Source: an uncultured Actinomycetota bacterium (lineage in GTDB: Bacteria > Actinomycetota > Actinomycetes > Mycobacteriales > Pseudonocardiaceae). From it: 64,000 nucleotides of DNA. The stretch is from the NCBI GenBank assembly GCA_963780835.1, contig CAWADQ010000042.1, positions 24,168 to 88,167 on the forward strand, given 5' to 3'. The notes under the pieces are model-generated. The model was given only the letters and a program-made list of their open reading frames with translations, was not told the origin of the DNA and made no database searches. This document shows, piece after piece, positions 17,556-25,672 of this stretch. The first letter of the stretch is position 1; the number at the start of each line of letters is the position of its first letter. The translations under genes were made by a program, and so were the position numbers.

Positions 17556-18952
17556 GCGACGCCTCCCGCGATCAGCCGCTCGACCTGGCCGCGCTCGATC
17601 TCGTCGGCCTGGGAGAGCGCCAGCAGGTAGTCCTGGGCGTCGCCCGTGACGCCCAGCTCCTTGAGCCGGCGCAGGACGGCGGCGGAGGCGTCGAGGAGGT
17701 CGCGGTGCAGCCGCCACCGGTCGCGCTCGCGAGGCGGCAGGTCGAGCGTGTAGGGCATCTGGAACGGAGGGCCGGCCCGCGGCCCGTCGGGGTCGTCCTC
17801 GGCCAGCGGCAGGCGCATGATCAGCCCTGTGAGGCTGCGCAGCTGGTACATCTCGCCGAACGTGCGATGCACCAGCGCGCCCCGCGCGGTCACGCCCGTC
17901 CCGGCCCCGGCCAGGTCGAACGCGTGTGCGAGACCGACCAGCAGCTTGCGGTAGCGGATGTTGGCCAGCTGAGCCCACAGCCGGGCCTCGGGGTGGTCGA
18001 TCGGGGTGATGGTGGCGGGGTCGGTCGGGTCGGGATCGGGGGCCGGGGACGTGGTCGGGTTCGTCGCCACCGGCCGGACCACCGCGGCGAGGTCGTCGCC
18101 GACGGCGAGCATGGCGCGGTAGATCGCGAGGAAGCGGCGGAAGTGCGACTCGTCGTCGTCGGCCGGGGCCTCCAGCGCCTCGCCCTGCTCGCCGATGGCC
18201 GCCACCGCGGCCACCGCCTCCGCCCGGTTGGTGACCGGCAGGATCAGCAGCTCCGGCAACGGCAGCCCGGGCAGCGCGGCGGTCGGCTGGCTGCCGCGCT
18301 GCCCCTGCCGGTAGCCGCGGCCCCACTCGTCCCAAGTGGCCTGGAACGGCGCGCTCGCCGGGTCGAAGGCGTCGTCGGGGACGAGCTCGCCGTCCGACAG
18401 CACCCGCACCAGCTCGGCGTACAGCTCCCCGACGCGGTTGACCGGGGCGCCGACGTCCGCTCGGGCCCGCTGCTTGACCTCGTCGGCCTCGGGGCCGTCC
18501 CACGTGGCCGGGCTCTCCGCGCACACGTAGGTGGCGATCGCCTCCAGGCTCGCGGGCCGCAGCGTGAAGCCGAACGGGTAGAAGGGGCTGGGGTTCGGAT
18601 AGTCGTCGCGGTCGAGACAGATCGGCCCACCGAGGGCGACGAGCAGGTTCTGCACCGTCAGCAGGTGCGCCATCTCCTCCTTGGCGATCCCGAGGATCGT
18701 CTCCTGCCACGCCCGCGCCTGGTCCGCCAGCGCGGTCGGGGCGTCGGGCCGGCCAAGGGTGTAGGCGACGAACAGGTACTGGACCATCAGCGCGTGCTCG
18801 ATCTCCGCGGCCACCCGGAGCAGGAAGATGGTGTAGTCGCGCCCGTTGAGTTCCTGCGGTGGTGGGGCGGCGCGGGCGGCGACGCCGAAGCGGGCCGCGT
18901 CCCCGGCGTCGCCGAGGACGAGTCCGAGATGGCGGTCGATGCGCGAACGCAT
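17552..18952 (-). CDS. Ferritin-like domain protein (iminophenyl-pyruvate dimer synthase / VioB-RebD C-terminal type), 466 aa
   Basis: AAEIEHALMVQYL, KEEMAHL, EQGE, ESHFRRF; AGGAGG RBS. Confidence 0.85.
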   Translation of the reverse strand: MRSRIDRHLGLVLGDAGDAARFGVAARAAPPPQELNGRDYTIFLLRVAAEIEHALMVQYLFVAYTLGRPDAPTALADQARAWQETILGIAKEEMAHLLTVQNLLVALGGPICLDRDDYPNPSPFYPFGFTLRPASLEAIATYVCAESPATWDGPEADEVKQRARADVGAPVNRVGELYAELVRVLSDGELVPDDAFDPASAPFQATWDEWGRGYRQGQRGSQPTAALPGLPLPELLILPVTNRAEAVAAVAAIGEQGEALEAPADDDESHFRRFLAIYRAMLAVGDDLAAVVRPVATNPTTSPAPDPDPTDPATITPIDHPEARLWAQLANIRYRKLLVGLAHAFDLAGAGTGVTARGALVHRTFGEMYQLRSLTGLIMRLPLAEDDPDGPRAGPPFQMPYTLDLPPRERDRWRLHRDLLDASAAVLRRLKELGVTGDAQDYLLALSQADEIERGQVERLIAGGVA

Positions 18953-19511
18953 GGCACCTCCTCCTGCGGGTGCTGCGGCAGGGCAGGTGTCCGCCCCGGC
19001 CTCTCGACGCTAGTGATCGCGCGGCGGGAGGAGTGGGGAAATACGTACATCTGCGTACGCCGGATGTGGCGGCGGCAGCAGATCCGTGCGTCCGCCTTCT
19101 CGACGGATCACGACGGGCCCCACACGCCTCCACCGAACCGTCGCGACGAGCGGGTGAGGCACGGGCTCGGCGCGCCGTCGCGCGCGACCGTCCGGCGACG
19201 CCGAGCGGTTACGGCGGGTCACACCCCAGCGTCCTCGGCGGCTCGTCTGAGATGGTTACGCACCAAACGGTCTATTATTGATCAGCGATCGGCGTAGTTC
19301 CAGCCACTCGTCGTTTCTCGGGTCGCGGATATCTCACGGGATTCTCAGCATCACGACCTGGTCTGATCACCGACCTACGGTTCGGACACCGCACTGTCAA
19401 TCGCGGATTCGGGTCTGACACCGGACCGCCCGCCGATCGTCAATCCGATCGCGGACACCAGCCGTACCAGCACTCAGAAGCCACGAAGAACGGACATGAC
19501 GGAAATTTCTG

Positions 19512-20075
19512 ATGCATACTCCGACATCCGCCCTCGCGGCAACGACGGCACTCATGGTCACCGCGCTGAAACGGACCGCCGCCCTGACCCCGGCCCTGTT
19601 GCTCGTCCTGACGGGCTGCGTCGGTCCGTTCGTGCCCCCGCCGGGGCCGGTCCCGTCGGTCAGCGGTCCCGCACCGGTACCGAGTTCCGCGCCGGCCTGC
19701 ACAGCCCCCGAGTCGACGGTCGCTCCCGACGCCAAGTACCTCGTCGGCGAGTGGATCTGCACGGGCTCGACCACGGAGATGCGCTTCCGCTTCTCCGCTG
19801 ACGGCGAGTACGCGTCCCGGGAGTCGCTGGAGTACAACATTCCGCTCGGCCGGTTCGTCTTTCACCGCGACAAGCGGGTACGTACACGGCTTCCGGCGAT
19901 CGGCTCGAACTCACTCCGGCCCGCTCCACCCGGACCCGCCAGATGCCGGAGGACCCGGGCAACGACTACGTCGACAAGCCCGAAGAGCTGACCCGCAGGG
20001 TCTTCACGTTCCGGGCCACGCCGACCGCCCTGGAGCTGCACGAGAGTGGCGGCTACGCGCTCGTCCTGTGCCTAC
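19512..20075 (+). pseudogene. Lipoprotein, frameshifted near 19872 and probably 3'-truncated
   Basis: Lipobox LTGC then a Pro-rich linker and LVGEW; the sequence continues in another frame (AGTYTASGDRLELTP...MPEDPGNDYVD). Confidence 0.5.
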
Positions 20076-20890
20076 CGGTGAAAAGCAGGTCGTCGTCCAG
20101 ATCGTCGCGATCGCCGCCGGTGCCGTGCTCACCTTCCTCGTCGGCTGGAAGTACAGCGATGCGGCGAGCGCCTGGCAGGAAGGAATCCGGGCCGAGGTGA
20201 CCCGCGCCGGGGTCGACCAGGACGACGTGCGCCGGGTGTACGCCAACGAGGGCCCGAACGCCTACCGGGTGGCGGCCACGCAAATCCGGGCGGATGCGCT
20301 GACCACTCTGGCAGAGACCGACGCGACGGCCAGGACGCAACGCGAGATCGCGACCCAGTCGGCCTTCGCGCTGCGCAGCGCCGCCAATCCCGGAACGCTG
20401 CTCGGCGAACGGCGGTACGACGTGAAGGGTGGCGGCTCCGATCTGGCCCGCAGGCTGGTCGACGTCCGCGCCGCCCACGCACCACCCGCGGACCCGAACG
20501 ACGCCGACCGCGAGGGCGACGGCCTCGCCCGCCAGGCCTTGGTCACCGCCATTCTCACCGCTGTCATCACCGGACTCTTCGCCGTCGGTGCTTGTATCCG
20601 ACGCCGCCGTTCGGCCGCGGAGGAGGCGCTGGAGTTCGTTCCGCAACCGGCGCTGGCCACCCCGGCCCAGAAACGCGCGTCGTACATTCTGCTGATTATC
20701 TGGGTCGCCGGTGTCCTGATTCCCTTGATGCAGCTGGTGTACAGCAGCGAGGAGCAGCGCTATCAGGCGGATGCCGCCCGGCACAGCGTGCAGGCGCGCA
20801 GTGACGAGAGCATAAGCCGCACGCGAACAGAATTCGTCGACACCGCCCTGCAAATAGCGAAGGAAGGCAGCGTCGCCGCGACCGCAGGCG
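20068..20890 (+). pseudogene. Fragment of a multi-TM membrane protein
   Basis: Three hydrophobic segments; no clean start; the frame fuses into LuxR-like sequence downstream. Confidence 0.45.
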
Positions 20891-21718
20891 AGATCTCGCA
20901 GATCGCGACGTATGCGCTCGCGCTTCATCGCGTGCTGTGCGGGCGGCTGACCGCGGCGGAGGAGACGTTCGCCGACTACCGCGAGGTGTTGAACGCGATC
21001 AGTGGGGACCGGGAGCCGTTCGTGGCCAATGACGTCCTGCTCGGTGCCTGGCGTGGCGACAGGGCCCGGACCGAGGCTGCGGTGGCGGTGCAAGGCCGGT
21101 CCGCCCGTCGACCGCCCCGCTCCGGCGATCGCCCAGCTCGCCCGGTGGGCGGCGATGATTCTGACGGCGGGGGGAGGGGCGCAGCGCCGATGCCGGGGAG
21201 ATCGGCCGGATCGTCTTCGACGAGGATCCGCCGTACCTGCTCGGCCTCGTCCTGCCGGACCTCGTCGAGGCCGCGGTGCGCACGGACGACCGGGACACCG
21301 CCGACCGGGCGCTCGCCCAGCTTGCGGTGCGGCCGAGGTGAGCGGGACGCCGTGGGCGCTGGGTCTGCTCGCTCGCAGCCGGGGTCTGTCGGCCGGGCCC
21401 GTCGATGCCGAGCCGTTCTTCGCCGAGGCCGTGACCCAACTCGGCAAGACACCGGTCGTGCCGGAGCCGGCCCGTGCACACCTCGTCTACGGCGAGTGGC
21501 TGCGTCGGCAGCGGCGCCGGGCGGACGCGCGCGAGCAGTTGCGCGTTGCCCATCGGCTGTTCGAACAGATGGGCGCCGCAGCGTTCGCCGAACGTGCCCG
21601 GCTGGAGCTGCTCGTCACGGGGGAGCGTGCCCGCAGCCGGACGGCCCCGGCCGGCCCGGAGCTGACGCCGCAGGAGGCCCGGATCGCACGGCTCGCTGCG
21701 GGCGGGGCCACGAGCCCG
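20890..21718 (+). pseudogene. Remnant of a large ATP-binding LuxR-family regulator
   Basis: ARAHLVYGEWLRRQRRRADAREQLR...AFAERARLEL...LTPQEARIARLAAGGAT; cut at the start of the HTH; internal frameshifts. Confidence 0.8.
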
Positions 21719-21731
21719 CACCCTGGTGGAC

Positions 21732-22823
21732 TCAGGCCGCGGCGTCGCGGCGGGCGACCTCTGCGCGGACCAGCGGGATGACCTCGCGGCCGAACTCGCG
21801 GGCGTCGCCGATGAGGTCGTAGCCGCGGGCGGACAGGATGCGCACCCCGAGGTCGTAGTAGTCCATCAGGGCGGCGGCGACGGTCTCCGGGGTACCGACC
21901 AGCGCGGTGGAGTTGCCCGCACCCCCGGTGGCCGCGGCGGTGACCGTCCACAGCGCCCGGTCGTGCCGCTCACCTTGCTCCGCGACGGCCAGCAGCCGCT
22001 GCGAGCCCGCGTTCTCCGGGTCCTTCAGCGGGTGGCGGCGGGTGAGTGAGGCACCCTCCTTGGTGCGGTCCTCGATCACCGCCACGGTGGCGTAGGCCTT
22101 CTCCCAGGCCTCTTCCTCGGTGCGCCCGAGGATCGGCCGGAACGCCACCTGGAACACCGGTGCCGGGCGGCCCGCCTCCTTGGCGAGCTGGGTGATCGTG
22201 GCGATCTGCTCGGCGGTGCCGGCGAGCGGCTCGCCCCATAGGGCGTAGATGTCGGCCTCCTGCGCGCCCACCTTGTAGGCGGCCGGGGAGGAGCCCCCGA
22301 AGGAGATCCGCGGCCGCGGACGCTGCGCAGGCTCGACGTCGAGCACGAAGTCGTCGAACGAGTAGTGCTCGCCGTGGAAGTCGAAGGGCTCACGCTCGGT
22401 CCAGGCGCGCTTGAAGATCTGGATCGCCTCGCGGGTGCGGTCGTAGCGGCGGTCCTTGGGCAGCGTGTCGCCTTCGCGCTGCTGCTCGTGGTCGTTGCCG
22501 CCGGTGATGACGTGCAGCGTCAGGCGACCGCCCGAGATCTGGTCGAGGGTGGCCACCGTCTTGGCCGTGAACGTCGGGTAGGCGACGTTGGGCCGGTGCG
22601 CGAGCAGCAGCTGCAGCCGCTCCGTGCGGCACGCGATGAGCGCGGCGGCCTGCGCCGGATCGGCGCTGCCGGAGCCGTAGGCGGTCAGGACGCGGTCCCA
22701 GCCGTTGTCCTCGTGGGCTTTGGCCAGCGCGACCGTGTACTCCGGGTCGAAGGCGGGCCCGGAGCGGACGTGCGTCTCCGTGCCGTCGTTGGTGGCACCG
22801 ATTCCGAGGAACTCGACGGGCAT
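21732..22823 (-). CDS. LLM-class flavin-dependent monooxygenase (SsuD-like), 363 aa
   Basis: AHRPN, TLDQISGGRL, FGGSSPAA, LWGEP, GAGNSTALVGTPETVA. Confidence 0.9.
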   Translation of the reverse strand: MPVEFLGIGATNDGTETHVRSGPAFDPEYTVALAKAHEDNGWDRVLTAYGSGSADPAQAAALIACRTERLQLLLAHRPNVAYPTFTAKTVATLDQISGGRLTLHVITGGNDHEQQREGDTLPKDRRYDRTREAIQIFKRAWTEREPFDFHGEHYSFDDFVLDVEPAQRPRPRISFGGSSPAAYKVGAQEADIYALWGEPLAGTAEQIATITQLAKEAGRPAPVFQVAFRPILGRTEEEAWEKAYATVAVIEDRTKEGASLTRRHPLKDPENAGSQRLLAVAEQGERHDRALWTVTAAATGGAGNSTALVGTPETVAAALMDYYDLGVRILSARGYDLIGDAREFGREVIPLVRAEVARRDAAA

Positions 22824-22831
22824 GACGGGGA

Positions 22832-22858
22832 CAACCAGCCCGCGGCGAGGGTCATTCC
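22832..22858 (-). promoter_or_regulatory. SigR/SigH-type ECF promoter, probably giving a leaderless transcript
   Basis: GGAAT-N18-GTTG, ending 8 nt before the ATG at 22823; no Shine-Dalgarno. Confidence 0.6.
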
Positions 22859-22910
22859 CGCAACTTGCAGCCCGATCCCGCTGAAGGCTCTCCGGTCGCT
22901 GTGACCGCAG

Positions 22911-23015
22911 CGTCTACGTGCTGTCCACGGCCGACGGGCACCTGATCCGCAAGATCGGTGTCGGCAGGGGGCCCCACGGCCTGTGTGTGGCCCCGACCGG
23001 GCCGGTACTCGCTCC
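22911..23015 (+). pseudogene. C-terminal remnant of a YncE/YVTN beta-propeller protein
   Basis: VYVLSTADGHLIRKIGVGRGPHGLC, then (frameshift) VWPRPGRYSL. Confidence 0.55.
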
Positions 23016-23100
23016 GGCCGGCAGCGGCCGAACGGGCCTATGAGCAGGCCAACCGGCCGACTTTGTGGTTACCGTCTCCCCGGGGATGCGGGAGGCGGCC

Positions 23101-23766
23101 ATGGAACCACACCACGTGCACGGCGGGATCCTGTGGGACGGCTGGGTCCTGATGTTGCCCGGCGTGTTCGTGGCGGCTGTGCTGGCCACCGCCCTGGCGT
23201 TGAACGGTCCCGGCGAGGCCCTCTACCTGTGGGTGCGGGCACAGCTGGCGCCGAACCCGTGGCGCGTCCGCTGGGACGACGCCGTGACGCGCCATCAGGC
23301 CACGGCGCAGGCCTTCGCGGAGTTCGAGTGCGACCTCGACGCGGTGCTGCGGCTACCGGCCCTGGCCGACGTCGAGCAGCCGGCCACCGCGCGCTTCGTC
23401 GACGTATTCGCCGAGGCGAACGCGCTGCGCACCGACGAGTTCCCCGGCCCGGACTACGCCCGCCGGTTCGTCGAGGCCGTCGAGCACGCGGAGCAGGGCT
23501 GGGCGGCGGCGGTCGAGGCGGCCGAGCGCAAGCGCGACGCTCGATTCGACCCGGCTGAGCGGCGGCTCATCGCCCAGGTGCGCACGCTGCTCGGCGTCGC
23601 CGCTTCGTCGAGCTTCGAGTCGGAGCGGCGGGCGGCCTACCAGCAGGCCCAGCGGCGTCTCGCCGAGCTGGAGCGGCGCTGCGGGTGGCGGATACCGCGG
23701 CCGGCGGCCATGGCCCTGGAACACCGGGCGCGCGGCATGCTGGCCGCCGCGGGAGCCGACGGCTGA
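23101..23766 (+). CDS. Hypothetical membrane-anchored helical protein
   Basis: GGGAGG RBS before ATG 23101; one N-terminal TM segment; GC3 bias. Confidence 0.7.
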   Translation: MEPHHVHGGILWDGWVLMLPGVFVAAVLATALALNGPGEALYLWVRAQLAPNPWRVRWDDAVTRHQATAQAFAEFECDLDAVLRLPALADVEQPATARFVDVFAEANALRTDEFPGPDYARRFVEAVEHAEQGWAAAVEAAERKRDARFDPAERRLIAQVRTLLGVAASSSFESERRAAYQQAQRRLAELERRCGWRIPRPAAMALEHRARGMLAAAGADG

Positions 23767-24093
23767 AGGATCCCGACCCGGACGTCGCCCCGCTGATCCG
23801 CGACGGGACGAAGGCGAGGCCCGGCCGGCCGGAGAAGCGCTGGGTGAACGCCACGCCACGGTTGGCGAGAATGGCCTCGAAGCACTCGCCGACGCTTCCG
23901 GCGTCGGCGCCCAGGCGGACGGTGTGCGGGCCGCGGCGATCGACCGCGACGGTGTTCGCGCCGAGCTCGCGCACTGGTGCAGGCGATCGGCGGAGCGTCG
24001 GGGGTCAGCACCGTGGGCAGGTCACCGGTCGGTGCGCCGTCGACCGCCCCACGCGACGGCGTCGCGATGGGGGGTCAACAGCTGATCATCTGA

Positions 24094-24540
24094 TCATCCT
24101 CGGCTCATCAGCTCCCTGCTGACGGCGTCGACGAACTCCCGGGCTTCACCGCGTGTCCACGGCCAACCGACGGAAGGACGTGCGCCGCCGTCGGCGGCTG
24201 TAATCGAAACACGTGGAGACCCCCAGAGAAGTAGCACGGCGAGCGCCAAAAGAATGAATGCCAGTATGACCGATCCGCCACCAGCCTGCAGGCCGCCGAA
24301 TAGGCAGGAGAGCCCGATCAGGCCGAGTAGTCCGCCCCATATCGGGTGACGACTCGTTTCGAGCCGGGCGGCCACGATGTGGCGCATGGTGAGATCTTCC
24401 CTCCTCGTGCCGCCGAGGAGGCCCTTCTTGACGTTATAATGGACAGCCAGGTTGCTGACTGTGCCGAATCGATTCGACACCGCTACTTGTTCCCCGGAGG
24501 TCGGGGGGAAGTTCGGTTGGTTAACGCTCATGACCTGCAT
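24094..24540 (-). CDS. Hypothetical membrane protein (two TM segments), 148 aa, lower GC
   Basis: GAAAGGAA RBS; hydrophobic hairpin; start may be ATG 24531. Confidence 0.7.
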   Translation of the reverse strand: MQVMSVNQPNFPPTSGEQVAVSNRFGTVSNLAVHYNVKKGLLGGTRREDLTMRHIVAARLETSRHPIWGGLLGLIGLSCLFGGLQAGGGSVILAFILLALAVLLLWGSPRVSITAADGGARPSVGWPWTRGEAREFVDAVSRELMSRG

Positions 24541-25285
24541 TTCCTTTCGTGGGGGGCGGGAGGGATTTCACGCGAATCTGGTCTTATGTCGGGGATGTTG
24601 GACGCATGCTGCCGATTTGAGACGAAATTTGATCCATTGTTAATGCGAGGGTTCAGGTAGCCGTCGAACTCGGCCTGCGACAACTGCGCTCCTCTAAACT
24701 CATCGGCTAGCGCGGTCGGTACGGGTACGGGCATGGTCGGGCCGACGAATCAGGACCCGAGGATGCGCTGCTAGCTCCGCGCACCTTACGGCTTCCAGTA
24801 CGACCGGGCACTGCCGGTACCCCCCAAGAGTGGGCCAACACGTAGCCTGATCTTCGGAGAGTCCCGAGGTAGCGTTACATCGCCGAACGGGTGTCTCGTG
24901 CATCGGTCGAAGGGTGCGATGACTTCGGTCTCGATGTCCTCATCCCGTCGGGGCGCGACGCCGCGCGGCAAGCTGAGACAACTGTCGGTAGCGTCGCGGT
25001 TGGCCGGACGGGACATCAGAGAACATCACTGTCGATGCGGAGCACCGCCCCGGATAGCGGACGTCTCCGCCTCGAACTTTTGGCCGTAGGCTGGCATGTC
25101 ACCCGCTCAAGGGCCCGTGAGGTGCGGAAACGGCGACGAGCGCGAGACGGACAGCGCAAGCGGGACGACGTACAAGATCGACGTGGAGCGGTTTGTGGAA
25201 TGAGTCCGTACCACGATAGATTCCATGAGGCGGCCAAACCGGACAAGTCGCCCGATCGCTAAACGTAATAACCGGAGGTCAAGCG

Positions 25286-25336
25286 TGGTGCCCCCGGCAC
25301 GATTCGAACCTTCGCTCCCGCCTCCGGAGGCCGGTG
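25286..25336 (-). other. 3' half of tRNA-Arg(CCG), att-like remnant (not a full tRNA)
   Basis: Minus strand reads CACCGGCCTCCGGAGGCGGGAGCGAAGGTTCGAATCGTGCCGGGGGCACCA: CCG anticodon loop, T-loop GGTTCGAATC and CCA end; no D-arm or 5' acceptor strand. Confidence 0.7.
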
Positions 25337-25470
25337 TGGACGAGTTCGAGACCCTCGTGCTCGGCGAAGTCGGCGTAGTCCTTGCTGTTGAATGCGGCGA
25401 GCGGGAGTTCGCGGGGAGGCAACAGTCGGCGATCCGGGAGTCTGTGGCCGGCCGCGGGCAGGCGTCGGCC
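25337..25470 (-). pseudogene. C-terminal remnant of a PIN/VapC toxin
   Basis: PRPATDSRIADCCL, then (frameshift) RELPLAAFNSKDYADFAEHEGLELV; cf. PxND.WIAA..L...LxTxNxKD. Confidence 0.65.
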
Positions 25471-25672
25471 ACCTGTGGATGAGGCGTATCAGCGCCTGAT
25501 CAACGGCGAGCTACGTTTCAAGGCCGTCGTGACCTACTTGCCGGATACGGGACACCCGGAGGAAGGGCGATGGGTCGTCCGGTCGTATCACTGGACCGGG
25601 CTGGCTCCTCTTGTACTTGAGCGGTGGCCTGGCGGGCCGCAGTACCGAGATCTCGCTGGTGAGGGGAGCGCG

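Noticed and set aside
17556..19133. N-terminal extension of the 967-aa ORF (likewise the extensions of the ORFs at 12715-14490, 27676-29724 and 28797-31139)
   Set aside because: Shadow frames overlapping real genes; internal starts with RBS or stop-start overlaps fit better.
18953..19500. RiPP precursor peptide for the radical SAM enzyme
   Set aside because: No convincing small ORF with an RBS and a Cys/Trp-rich core seen by eye; ORFs under 60 aa are not in the track, so this is not fully excluded.
24650..25280. Short ORFs in the lower-GC stretch beside the tRNA fragment
   Set aside because: No consistent codon bias or motif; cannot be assigned without a search.
25286..25336. Functional tRNA gene
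   Set aside because: No 5' acceptor strand or D-arm; the T-stem is mismatched.
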